Source of the DNA: a virus
IMG/VR virus record: IMGVR_UViG_3300042922_000295
Coordinates: 20,498 to 84,497 of that record
Length of the DNA: 64,000 nucleotides
Direction: 5' to 3' (one strand)
Below are positions 37,401 through 46,714 of the stretch, piece after piece. Every line of letters starts with the position of its first letter. Within the stretch, counting starts at the first letter, position 1. Position numbers and translations under genes: made by a program. Below the pieces are notes generated by a model. It was given only the letters and a program-made list of their open reading frames with translations. It was not told where the DNA came from and ran no database searches.

Positions 37401-40400
37401 CGCGCTGGATGCCAGCGATGATCTCGGCGAACGTAAGCTCCTTGGACGCGTTCGCCGCCTGCTGAATCTGACGCTCCAGCCCGTCGAACTGCAGGCTGTT
37501 CTCCAGGTCGAGCCGGGTGCCCTGTCGCTGCAGGTCGGCAAGCTGCTTCTGCAGGTCGCTGATCCCGTTGCCCTGGCCCATGCTCTGACCCATGGCGTCA
37601 TACGCGGCCTGCATGGCATCGATCTGCGAGTTGATCGGACCGAGCACGTCCGACCCAGCACCTGCAGCGCGGAGGTCGTTAGACTCTCCGCGCAGCTTTT
37701 CGATGTCGCCCTGCAGGGAGGCCATCTTGCCACTGATGTCCTCGACGGCGCCGCCAGCGTCCTCCAGGTCCATGATGGCGAGCTGGAGTCGCTTCTGCTC
37801 CATGGTGTTCGCGAAGATCGCGTCGTCCATGGCCTGCATGCCGACGATGCCTGTGTTCGAGTAGTTCGCGATGGCATCGGCGTGAGCCTGGTACTGGTTC
37901 TGCAGCTTCTGCAGCTTGTCAGCCGCCGCGTCGAGCTTGTTCTGCTGCAGGTCGAGAGCGGTGTTCGCCGCGTCGAGCTTCTTCTTCCACGAGTCGACGA
38001 CGTTCTGCTGGCGGGTGACCAGAACCTGCTGCTCGGCCAGGAGGGTGTTGAGAACCTTGAGGTCCCCGACCAGGGCGTTGAAGTTGCCGAGGTTCCCCGG
38101 CATCATGTCCTTGACCTTGCCCCGCTGGTCCGACCACTCGTCGAAGTTCATCGAGGCTGCCATCTTCTTGAACTTGGCGAGGTCTGTAGCAGCCTTGCCG
38201 AAGATGGCGCCGACGTTGCCGACGCTCTGGAACTGGCGCTTGATGGCTGCCATGCCCCAGGTGACCGTCTCCACGAGGGACGGGGAGTGGTGGGCAAACG
38301 GGTTGATATACGAGAACCACTCGTAGATCGCGAGTGCCGCCTGCTTGATGATGTTCACCACGGCGATCATCGACTTCTGGATACCCTCGGGCAGCTTGTA
38401 GAACAGCCGCACGATCCCGTCGATGAGCCCCTGGAAGAACTTCCCGAGTGGCTCGAAGCCCTTGGCGATGCCCTCCGCGTTGCGCGACAGCCCCTGTCCG
38501 AGCTGGCTGAAGAAGTCCTTGATGTCGTTCCAGAAGATCGACAGCAGCGTGACAATCGCAGTGATGGCGATACCCCAGGGGCCGGTGAGCAGGCCGATGA
38601 GGCGAGGTCCCCACGTCTTGATGAACGCGAGGATCGCAGGCCAGAGTCCCTTGAAGAATGCGAGGACCGCCGCGCCACCCACCTTGAAGGCGACGAGGAT
38701 CATCGGGAACAGCTTGCCCCAGAGCGTCGCGATGGCAAGCATGGCGGTCCGAGACAGGGCGACGAGGGCGGCGTAGCCCTTCGCCATCACCGTCTGCATA
38801 GCCCACATGGCCTGCGCCATGAGGAGGCCGAGCCGCGCAGCCATTGGAGCGAACACTGCCGTGACGGCGGTCCACATCGCCACGAAGGCGCGCTGGACTC
38901 CAGCGATGCCAGCCCAGACAGCACCGGACAGGCCTGCCATGACCGAAGCCATGGTGCCCATCATCATCGGCACGCCCTTGGTGAACATCGCCGTCATGAG
39001 AATGACGCCGCGCATCATGAGCAGGTTAATGCCTGCCCATCCCCGCTTGATGATGCCAGGGATCGTGGTGAACAGGAGCATCTGGAAGGCGAAGTTAACC
39101 CGCCCCAGCGCACCGAACACAGCCGGGCCGAGCAGTGCGGCCCTGGTGTACATAAAGGTGGTGATCTTGGCCCAGCCCGTGGAGATTGCGGCGCCCATGG
39201 CAGCGAACATCGAGGCGATTCCCGCCGTGATTCCGCCTGCCGCCGCGAAGGTCTTGACCGACCACAGGGCGATGATGCCCTTCACCCACAGAACCTTCAT
39301 CGCCGCCCAACCGGCGGGGATCACCGTTCCAAGAACGGCGAACATCTTCGCGAAGCCAGCCGCTACGGCGATGCGCAGGGTAGCCATGTACGACTGGAAC
39401 GACGACATGCCCTTGACACTCGTCACTGCCGCTGCGCTCACGCCGAGCATGCCCTGGACGAGCCGCGACAGCCCGCCGAACAGCGCCCCGACTCCGGTCG
39501 CCGCCGCCGTGAACGGGAGGGCCAGGAACGAGCCCATGACGCGCACGGCAGGCAGCATACCCCCGGCGAACCAGTGGACGGCCTTTGCGAGCTGACCGAA
39601 CAGGACTGCCGTTGCGCCGACGTACCGACCGATGGGGCCAATGAGGGCGAGGAACACTGCCCCGATGACGACGGCCTTCTGAATCCACGGCTCCAGCTCG
39701 CTGAACGACTTGGCGAGTTCCGCGACTTCCTTGGCAGCCCAGACGATCCACGGGATGAGCGGCTGGATGACGTCAGCCAGCGCGTTCTGCAGGATGACCC
39801 ACATCTGCTGCAGCTTGTGCGGCGACGAGTCGAGGACCGCGTTGAGCTCCTTGACCTTCTGGTTGTAGGTCTCGGTAGCACTCGCGGTGTGCTCCAGCGC
39901 TCGGTTGTAGTAGCCGAGCGGGTTGATGATGTCTCGCATGAGAACGTCGAAGCGGTTGATCTGCCAGCGTCCAGCGACCGATGCCGACACCTGCGCCTTC
40001 TGTGCGTCGCTGAGCTGGTCGAACGCCTCCGCCATCTTCTCCAGGCGCTGCGCACCGTTCAGGGACTGCCACCCCATGTCCTGGGTGTTCATCCCCATCA
40101 TACCCATGATCTCGGCAGCCTCCTTGGTAGGCGCCAGGAGACGGGAGAGGATGGTCTTGAGTGCGTTACCGGCATTCGCGGCCGACCCGGACGCCGGGAC
40201 GAGCGCGGCGGTCAGGGCTGCGAGGTGCTGGACGTCGACACCGGCCGAGCGGGCCGAACCGGCAGCACGAGCGAAGGTCTGGATCAGACCCTCCATCGTG
40301 ACACCGGTCTCGTTCTCAACCATGTTGAGGGTGTCGATGGTCTTGGAGAGTTCCTGGGTACTCAGACCATACTGAGCCTGGATCGCGATGAGTGCCTCGG

Positions 40401-40911
40401 TGGCGGCAGCCGCCTCCATCTCACCGAGGACCATGGCCTCCAGTGTGAGCTTGACACCCCGGGCGAGCGCGATGCCGGATGCACCGGCTGCAGCCCAGTC
40501 TCCAGCGATCTCGATGACCTGCTGCTGGTGGACGCCGAAGCGGTCCGACAGGGCTCGAAAGGCTCCTTCGAGAGCCTTGAGCTCGTTGGTCATCACCTGC
40601 GCGGAAAGCCTACTATCTCCGTAGACCTTGTTCACGCGCACCATCGCCGCCTCGTTTTCGAGGGCGAACTTCGTTGCCGCCGCACCTGCGATGGCGAGGG
40701 GGATGGTGAAGTTGTACGTGAGCTGTCGTCCGGCCCACTGCACCTGCGAGCCCCACTTGGTCAGGTTACTCCCAGCACCGACCTTGGTCTGGGCGCCCTG
40801 AGCGCGCTCAAGCTGCTGCTGCAGACTCGCAACTTCGCGGCGCAGGCTCTGGACCTCCTTCTGAGCCTGCGCGGCCTGAATGCGAATCTGGATCGCCATG
40901 AAGGCGTTCAT
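34405..40911 (-). CDS. Tape measure protein with C-terminal M23 peptidase
   Basis: 2168 aa, helical, aromatic-spaced repeats; HDGVD, YGHL, GSTGASTGSHLHF. Confidence 0.96.
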   Translation of the reverse strand: MNAFMAIQIRIQAAQAQKEVQSLRREVASLQQQLERAQGAQTKVGAGSNLTKWGSQVQWAGRQLTYNFTIPLAIAGAAATKFALENEAAMVRVNKVYGDSRLSAQVMTNELKALEGAFRALSDRFGVHQQQVIEIAGDWAAAGASGIALARGVKLTLEAMVLGEMEAAAATEALIAIQAQYGLSTQELSKTIDTLNMVENETGVTMEGLIQTFARAAGSARSAGVDVQHLAALTAALVPASGSAANAGNALKTILSRLLAPTKEAAEIMGMMGMNTQDMGWQSLNGAQRLEKMAEAFDQLSDAQKAQVSASVAGRWQINRFDVLMRDIINPLGYYNRALEHTASATETYNQKVKELNAVLDSSPHKLQQMWVILQNALADVIQPLIPWIVWAAKEVAELAKSFSELEPWIQKAVVIGAVFLALIGPIGRYVGATAVLFGQLAKAVHWFAGGMLPAVRVMGSFLALPFTAAATGVGALFGGLSRLVQGMLGVSAAAVTSVKGMSSFQSYMATLRIAVAAGFAKMFAVLGTVIPAGWAAMKVLWVKGIIALWSVKTFAAAGGITAGIASMFAAMGAAISTGWAKITTFMYTRAALLGPAVFGALGRVNFAFQMLLFTTIPGIIKRGWAGINLLMMRGVILMTAMFTKGVPMMMGTMASVMAGLSGAVWAGIAGVQRAFVAMWTAVTAVFAPMAARLGLLMAQAMWAMQTVMAKGYAALVALSRTAMLAIATLWGKLFPMILVAFKVGGAAVLAFFKGLWPAILAFIKTWGPRLIGLLTGPWGIAITAIVTLLSIFWNDIKDFFSQLGQGLSRNAEGIAKGFEPLGKFFQGLIDGIVRLFYKLPEGIQKSMIAVVNIIKQAALAIYEWFSYINPFAHHSPSLVETVTWGMAAIKRQFQSVGNVGAIFGKAATDLAKFKKMAASMNFDEWSDQRGKVKDMMPGNLGNFNALVGDLKVLNTLLAEQQVLVTRQQNVVDSWKKKLDAANTALDLQQNKLDAAADKLQKLQNQYQAHADAIANYSNTGIVGMQAMDDAIFANTMEQKRLQLAIMDLEDAGGAVEDISGKMASLQGDIEKLRGESNDLRAAGAGSDVLGPINSQIDAMQAAYDAMGQSMGQGNGISDLQKQLADLQRQGTRLDLENSLQFDGLERQIQQAANASKELTFAEIIAGIQREQAAMTALQPQLDAAQASYDAQSASVDQLTAAKNAVQAAYDQEYASLQTLKDEYQLTADAIREIEAALNDVASAASAAKQARDAAAGGGAGGAGSLSPGAENFMNAAGGEFPDVGGMDSIAREGGFGDQSGMIDEFTKQLEEDLAASLASINPLTGLQNMWDKVVNWWNTTIVPAWNGLVGGLKDAFSGIDFSGFTDKFAAVGDWFKGLWEGISSGASQLWDLFGPQLKEIWDNLVAAVGPAVEEIKTQLAKFGPMMGPVKEALGNIGGVLKWLWDYILKPLVGFIGGTLVAAFSTAFSMIGNIVEPVISFIGDLIGNVIQVIRGLVNFIVGVFTGDWSRAWTGITEIFGAIWSTIVSIFTTAWDIVYGLVSGLVEGIVEFFTWLWDVLVGHSIIPDMVLAIIDWFKNLWDTVIDFVSGLVNGVVDWFVDLYNRVTTWIKNMVVAVVTTVQGWYNNIVNFAKMIAYEVVGWILDMRAKVLQWIADLVTGAITKWNNFKDTLIAVAKMIWDKVVEKFQQIRNSVMEKVNLLKDAATTAFNTLRDNMLGAFTWVKDKIGGIFDNITTFIKTGINSGIKFVNKLIDGLNKVADILPGLDWNISTIPLLAKGGAIPTRRVGGGFETNGARAIVGEGKANHPEFVIPTDPTHRRRASALYEELGKRIGAGTDDTGLGMGGWEDVKAFIGKGADLAGQGVDWLKDVAQGAASVIFEPIRQLAQTQIDGMTWQFGKKYAQAGLNQVWEWVTGTDEAYRKAATEVGGSGPWRKPATGYRMSSPFGMRTHPITGQRRLHDGVDLAGPMGSSIFAAAGGRVTYHSMNGGLGQYAKVDHGAGLQTWYGHLSGYVGGPRQVTPGELIARMGSTGASTGSHLHFIVKQGGVATNPVPWMASKGVPLADGGIVGARRGGTLATIGEAGRDEAVIPLPRNWQTMFQGNNSIQSLSGRLDRIMARLEKAESGVQSQTYNDNRTFHFHGDLSFPNIKDENDAEKFIRNLEDLAGK

Positions 40912-41019
40912 GTGGACCCACGATCTTGTTCGATCTATATGGGCCTCAAGTGCCCGACGACTCGCGAAGCATACAGGTAGGGCCGGTCCCGCGTCTAGCG
41001 GGACCGGCCCTAGGCTTTG

Positions 41020-41822
41020 CTATCGGCGGCGTCCGCCAGCAACTCGACCTGCTCCCTTGCCGCTCGATTGCTTTTTGCGATCGAGCTCTCGCTTCCGCTC
41101 TTGCTCGGCTTCGTGCTCGCCGCGCTTAGCGAAGATGTAGCGAAAGTCTTCCAGGAGCTTCGGGTGTTGATCGTACAGCCCACCCTCCACCGGGAGGTGG
41201 TTCCACTTCATCGACTCGCACAGTGCGAACAGGCGGATCGACTCGGCAGGGTTCGGTACGGACTCACCCTTGATGAACAGGTCTACTTGCTGGTGGAAGA
41301 GCCTTCCCCCGCCTCGCGCTCCTCGGCCTCCTTGATGAGCTTGTCGAGCTCGTCACGCTGCTCGTACAGCTCCTTGGCCGACAGCTCCGCCGTGAGCCAG
41401 GGGTTGGCCTTGCGGATCGCGACCTCGATCTTCTCGATGATCGCGGGGTTGGCGTCGCGCAGGAACTCGCGACGCGTCTGCGCGTTGAAGGGGACGTCCT
41501 CCAGGGGGCCGTCCGCGCTGCGGCGGCGCTTGAGGTTCCAGCCGACGAGGCTCGTCTCGATGAGCGCGTGGCGCTCCGAGGCCGGGTCCATCCGGGTGCG
41601 GGCGTCGCCGCCGCGCTGGATGACGAGGTCGCGCTGGGTGTCGCGCTGGAAGCGCGCCTTCTGGCCCTCGTTCATGATGGCGTACTCGACGTACGACACC
41701 TTGTCGGGGAAGAGGAAGCGCTCGGTGCCGCCGAAGCCGAAGTAGTCCATCTGCGGCTGCTGGAACGAGTCCGGCGCGGCGTCGACGGGCTGGGGGGTGT
41801 ACTGCGTGGAAGTCTCGGACAT
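41020..41822 (-). CDS. Tail assembly chaperone pair (G 41283-41822; GT via -1 frameshift to 41020)
   Basis: In-frame G GGG GAA at 41310-41304; the -1 frame is open to 41020, just upstream of the tape measure gene. Confidence 0.9.
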
Positions 41823-41925
41823 CCTTGTGACCCTCTCTGTGGTCTAGTGGGCATGCATGCAAGGGACATCATGCCACAGCCCCGGGGCGCGGTACACACC
41901 CCGGGGCTATCGGCATGACTCCGGC

Positions 41926-44900
41926 CTAGAGCGCTGCGAGCTCTTCCGGCGTCAGGGCCTTGCGGAAGATCTGCACCTCGTCCACGATACACCCCTCCGC
42001 GACGTCGAGCTTGATCCGATCTGCAATCGGGATGATGCCCGTCGTAGCAGCAGGCGTTCCGATCGACGCTCCGTCTCGGTACAGGCGCAGCATCGATCCG
42101 TCGAACGTCGCTGCGATCTTGTACCACACCTTTCCCGGAGTGTTGCGCGACACCTGCTGGAACACGTTCTTGCTGGCCCCGCCGAACACACCCTCGAAGC
42201 GGCAGGTCACGTAAGGCTGGGTTGCAAGCAGGTTGCCTCGAACGTACATGCGAGCCACGTACTCCGGCAGCCCGTCCGAGAACAGCGAGACGTAGTTGAT
42301 GTTGGTCGAGACGCCCTCGGGAAGCATGACGTTCGCGAACAACGTGAAGGCCGATGCCAGCGTGGGTGCGTACCCGATGCCGACATCTCCAACCCCGCCT
42401 CCCGCGAGTCCCTGAACGCCCCCTCCGCCAGGCGTGGACACTCGGCTGACGTTCGACAGAAGCATCGGACGCGCCTTGACGGTGTCGACAGCAACATCCG
42501 GGTCCTCGTCTGCGATGAAACTCCACATCGCCGCCTCGGCCGGAGGCTCCGAGCCAAGGAGGGGGAGGAGGATGCCGCCCTGCTTGACCCACCCCGCGAC
42601 CACGGGGCGAATCTCGGCACCGACCTTCACCTTCTTAATCCGCCGCTCGGTGACGATGCCACCGGACTTCATGCGGATGACGACGCCCGTCTCGGGCTCC
42701 TGGTTGATCGGCACCACCACGTCGAGCTGAACTCGAATGGTGTTCGTCGTGTCGTATCCCCGGAAGGCGAGCGTGACACTGTCGGCCGTCTCGGTGACAG
42801 TCGTGATTCCGTGCTGCGCAACCTCGACGCCCTGCGTGGTGGGGTACATCCCCTCGGACCAGTCGTCGACAGACAGGGTCTTGATGGACGACGTGTTGCG
42901 GAACGGCGCCGCACAGAAGGACGGAAAGCCGCCCCAGGGGTTGTTCGACCCGTCGTCCGCCCCCAGGGAGTGCTGGTCGCCGGTAGCCGTGACGACCTGA
43001 CCAACCGCCTCGTTTGCGATGAAGGTGCCCAGCTCGGACTTCTCTGCAGGGAAGTCCTGCCACTTGTCCTCGCCGCTGTTCGGCTCGTTGTCGATCCAGA
43101 TGGACTCCTGAATCCACACCTTCACCGGCTCGGGCTGCTGCAGCTCTGCCTTGAACCAAGCCTTCTGCGTGGCCCCCATGCGGGTCACGCCGACCTCTGC
43201 AGCGTATCGAGTGTCCGTCACGATGTAACGAACGCTGCCGATCTTGAAGCTGTGGTACAGCATGTTGGGGTCGGGGCGAGTCAGGAAGGCGTACATCTGC
43301 AGGTTTGCAGCACGGTTGGCAGGCGTGTACACGCCAGGGAAGGAGTTGTTCGCACCTCCGCCGTCGTGATCCGAGTTGAGCGGAATCACGGGAATGGACT
43401 TGTGAAGCTCGCGCAGGGCAGACGAGTATGTCAGCGTCTGCTTGAGGTCGTTGTAGTGCGACGACTGCTGCGTACTACTGTTGTTGGCGTACGTCTTGTC
43501 GCCGAGATAGAACCAGAAGGCCGGGTTGTGCGCCAACATCCGCCCGAACGATCCAGACGACGGCGTGGTCAGCTCGGTGTCCAACGAGTCGAAGCACGAG
43601 CCCATGCCCCAGGAGTACGTGCCAACGAAGTTCTCGCCGGGGATGGTGTTCGTCTGCCCGACGTACTGAACAGGGTACTCGTACCCGTCGGTGCCGATGG
43701 GGATGAGTCCGTAGTGGTAGTCGGTGAACTCTGCGAGTCCGGCAACCGGGACCTGTACTCGTCCGATGGAGTCGGGGATTGCCGCCGTGGTCGTAACAAC
43801 TCCGGCAGTCAGTCCCGCGTTCGTCGCAACGACCAGCTTTGCTCCGCTGATCGGCCCCGTCGCCGTGGCACAGACGGTGAAGCCGGTCGACAGAGGCGCG
43901 GCCACGATGACGTCCGTGAAAGTCGGAGCCGGGGTCGGGTTGCGAGTGTCGAACCACGAGGCGATGATCTGCCCCGTGTCAGCATCATGCGCCAGGATCG
44001 GGAACTTGGCGACGTCCGACCGGCGAACATCCGCAGCGTCGGGAACCTGCGCCCCGTCCGTGAACGTGCCGCTGTCGAGAACGGTGTCACGTGCAGACCA
44101 CGTGGTCAGGTCCGAGAGTGGAGCCCACTTCATCGAGATGACGTTCGGCTCGTAGATCGAACCATAGAACACCATCAGCCTGTCAAAGGCGACGGTGACG
44201 GACGGGCGAGTATACCCAGCCGCCGTCCCACTTGGACCAGGACCGTCCGGACCCGTCTCGATTGCCACCGGGGCGGTCCAGGTTGTTGCCCCGGGAGGCA
44301 GCGTCATCATGTAGATAAGAACGACACCGTCCACGTCACCGTTCGTCGTCTTGGAGACGACGATGAGGGTTCCGTCCGGGAGTACCGTGGTGGCCAGGTG
44401 ATCGTCGGCAGTCGCCCCAGCGGGGAGCGACGACAGCGTGACAGAAGTTCCGCCTGCGGGCGTTCCGTTGTAATCCTCGGCGTACGTGCGAGACTGGCGC
44501 GGACCAAGGCCGTCGTTCGATGTGAGGAACGAAACCATGTTGTTGTCGCGAGGCATGTAGTCGAGCATGCCTCGCAGCGTTCCGCCGAGTCCGGCCGTGC
44601 TGGCGTTGGTAACCCAGGTTGCACCTCCGTCTGTCGAGCGGAGGTAACGCTGCGCTCCGCCCGTGTAGAGGCCGATCCACAGGTAGCCACTCGCACTGAT
44701 GGACAGTGAAGGCGGAGTCTCATCCGTGTTGGGGATGGTGATGGTGAACTGCGACGGAGTCCCCATCGCGATGATCGGAGCGAAGGTCGTTGCGTTGAAC
44801 GATCCGAACTTCATGCTCCCGTCCGAGCCGAAGCTCAGGACGTAGACGACACCGTTGCGGTACACCGAGGTGACTCGGCGGCTCTGAACCGACTCGACCA

Positions 44901-45744
44901 CCGAACCGATGACATGGTCACCACCCTCGCGAAGCTCGATGAAGCGGTGCCCCGTGGGGGTCGGGATGATGGAGAACCACTTGCTGTCGTGCTCCCAGAT
45001 GAGCCGAGTGACCGGCTTGAGCCACCTTCCCGCAGGCGAGAGCAGACCCGACGCCGACGCACCCGTGATCGCCCCCGGCGTCGGCCCCGTCCCGCCCCCG
45101 CCCGTGGACGTGAACGCAACCTGCCACCCCCGGAGGTTGTTGGTAGAGGTGGAAGTAAAAGTAGGGATTCCCGAGGTTCCCGGCAAGGTCTGGACGCCCT
45201 TGCGAGCGATGAAACCCTTGCGCTGGGTGGCAGAAATCAGTGTCGTCCAACCGCCACCCTGCACCGCTGCAGTGGTGGAGCCCGACCCTACCTGGACGCC
45301 TCCGTAGATGAGGGCATTGGGGTTCGTGGTGACAAGGTCGTCAACCTGAACCTCGTTCGTGCTGGTTGCAGTCCATCCCGAAGACTTGTCGTCTTCGAGG
45401 ATGATACCGCCACCCTCGCCGCGAAGGTGCACCCAGCCAATGTTGCCTCGAACGGCGCTAGCCCAGGTGTACTCGATGAATGTCGGGACGACAGCGGGGA
45501 CGGTGTAGACATGAACAGAACCACGAACGTTCGCACTTCCGGGCTGTGCGTCGCTGATGATGATGTTGTTGTCGGCGCCTGGCGTTCCAGTCAGAGGAAC
45601 GTCGATCACCGCACAGATGACCTCAACAAGGAACACATCCCCCGGCTGAGTCCCGACCGGCAGGTCGATCCGGTATGTGGCGGACTCCTGTCCAACCGGG
45701 TACTCCTTGGAGCTGTACCCGATCTCAGTGGGCGCGTTAGCCAC
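41926..45744 (-). CDS. Multidomain tail-region protein with PhoD-like phosphoesterase and LamG-like domain
   Basis: GSC, LGDxxY, DHD, DTR, DxW and GDQH PhoD motifs; C-terminal WYKIAATFDG..LRLY.DG...IVDEVQIF.KALT. Confidence 0.85.
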   Translation of the reverse strand: MANAPTEIGYSSKEYPVGQESATYRIDLPVGTQPGDVFLVEVICAVIDVPLTGTPGADNNIIISDAQPGSANVRGSVHVYTVPAVVPTFIEYTWASAVRGNIGWVHLRGEGGGIILEDDKSSGWTATSTNEVQVDDLVTTNPNALIYGGVQVGSGSTTAAVQGGGWTTLISATQRKGFIARKGVQTLPGTSGIPTFTSTSTNNLRGWQVAFTSTGGGGTGPTPGAITGASASGLLSPAGRWLKPVTRLIWEHDSKWFSIIPTPTGHRFIELREGGDHVIGSVVESVQSRRVTSVYRNGVVYVLSFGSDGSMKFGSFNATTFAPIIAMGTPSQFTITIPNTDETPPSLSISASGYLWIGLYTGGAQRYLRSTDGGATWVTNASTAGLGGTLRGMLDYMPRDNNMVSFLTSNDGLGPRQSRTYAEDYNGTPAGGTSVTLSSLPAGATADDHLATTVLPDGTLIVVSKTTNGDVDGVVLIYMMTLPPGATTWTAPVAIETGPDGPGPSGTAAGYTRPSVTVAFDRLMVFYGSIYEPNVISMKWAPLSDLTTWSARDTVLDSGTFTDGAQVPDAADVRRSDVAKFPILAHDADTGQIIASWFDTRNPTPAPTFTDVIVAAPLSTGFTVCATATGPISGAKLVVATNAGLTAGVVTTTAAIPDSIGRVQVPVAGLAEFTDYHYGLIPIGTDGYEYPVQYVGQTNTIPGENFVGTYSWGMGSCFDSLDTELTTPSSGSFGRMLAHNPAFWFYLGDKTYANNSSTQQSSHYNDLKQTLTYSSALRELHKSIPVIPLNSDHDGGGANNSFPGVYTPANRAANLQMYAFLTRPDPNMLYHSFKIGSVRYIVTDTRYAAEVGVTRMGATQKAWFKAELQQPEPVKVWIQESIWIDNEPNSGEDKWQDFPAEKSELGTFIANEAVGQVVTATGDQHSLGADDGSNNPWGGFPSFCAAPFRNTSSIKTLSVDDWSEGMYPTTQGVEVAQHGITTVTETADSVTLAFRGYDTTNTIRVQLDVVVPINQEPETGVVIRMKSGGIVTERRIKKVKVGAEIRPVVAGWVKQGGILLPLLGSEPPAEAAMWSFIADEDPDVAVDTVKARPMLLSNVSRVSTPGGGGVQGLAGGGVGDVGIGYAPTLASAFTLFANVMLPEGVSTNINYVSLFSDGLPEYVARMYVRGNLLATQPYVTCRFEGVFGGASKNVFQQVSRNTPGKVWYKIAATFDGSMLRLYRDGASIGTPAATTGIIPIADRIKLDVAEGCIVDEVQIFRKALTPEELAAL

Positions 45745-45755
45745 TTTCAGTCCTC

Positions 45756-46634
45756 TCAGGGAGTCACGGTCTGGAGGAAGATGGTGCCATCAGGCGCGGC
45801 AGCCTCCTCGACAGAGTCGGCGTCGATCATGAACTTGGCGTCGACTGCAGCCGTGATGTCAGCCGGGTCGGCGTCGGCACCGTCGTTGCCGGGAAGGCCC
45901 TGCGGTCCCCGGAGCGACTCCAGCGTAACGAGGTCGATCCAGGTCGCGTCGCCAACCAGGCGCCACTGGACGTGTGTGGCCGACGTCTGCATCTCGACGT
46001 TCTTGCCGTTGGTGCCAGCGGTTCCCTGGACGCCCTGAATACCCTGTGTCCCCTGCACGCCCTGGATGCCCTGCGGGCCGGTGATCGTAGACAGGGCAAC
46101 GAGGTCGATCCACGCCACGTCACCGACGTAGCGCCACTGGATGTAAGTCCCGTTGTTGCGCAGCTCGGGAGTCTTCCCGTCGACGCCATCTCCGCCCTCG
46201 CCGGACCCGCTACCCTTCGGCTCGTACAGAGTGTCCGCGACAGCCTTGGTCAGGGCCGTGGTGCCCTGCGGAACGGTGCCCACGGCCACAAGGTCGGCCA
46301 TGTCGACAGGGCCAGGCAGGAGTGCCTGAGGAACCTCGACCGAGTATCGACGCTGCGCGAGGCCACCGGCGAGCTGAATCTGCTCCTGCACGTCGTACTG
46401 GAACGACGGCAGTACGTCCACGTCGTTGGTGATCGGCACCTCCAGTGTGAAGGTGCCGTCCGGGTTCAGGTTGGCGGTCCTGGGTCCGGAGACGATGATG
46501 GTGTCGCTCGCCAGGTGCTTGATGTGGCTCGCGTTGGGCGTGATCGTGATGGTTCCCGAGGCCGGAGCCGACCCCAGGAAGTCCATGTACGTGCCCTTGA
46601 TGACGATGGTGTTGAAGTCTGCGGGGAGCGCCAT
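45756..46634 (-). CDS. Collagen-like virion protein
   Basis: (G-x-Q)n repeats flanked by two QWRxVGDxxWIDLV repeats. Confidence 0.8.
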   Translation of the reverse strand: MALPADFNTIVIKGTYMDFLGSAPASGTITITPNASHIKHLASDTIIVSGPRTANLNPDGTFTLEVPITNDVDVLPSFQYDVQEQIQLAGGLAQRRYSVEVPQALLPGPVDMADLVAVGTVPQGTTALTKAVADTLYEPKGSGSGEGGDGVDGKTPELRNNGTYIQWRYVGDVAWIDLVALSTITGPQGIQGVQGTQGIQGVQGTAGTNGKNVEMQTSATHVQWRLVGDATWIDLVTLESLRGPQGLPGNDGADADPADITAAVDAKFMIDADSVEEAAAPDGTIFLQTVTP

Positions 46635-46657
46635 CTCGGCAGCTGCCTTTCTATACA

Positions 46658-46695
46658 GTAGCGCCCCGGCCCCTTTCCGGGAACCGGGGCGCTAC
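46658..46695 (-). terminator. Inverted repeat after the major tail gene
   Basis: GTAGCGCCCCGG / CCGGGGCGCTAC. Confidence 0.6.
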
Positions 46696-46714
46696 GCCTG
46701 CGAGGATCGGTGGA

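Noticed and set aside
34489-40980. 2163-aa antisense ORF opposite the tape measure gene (also 32036-34795, 41857-44709, 51277-53595, 53624-57432, 7732-9711)
   Set aside because: Codon-registered antisense shadows typical of high-GC genes; no RBS or recognisable domains.
41304-41310. -1 frameshift GGGGGAA in the tail chaperone gene
   Set aside because: Real, but a well-known conserved feature; listed under features.
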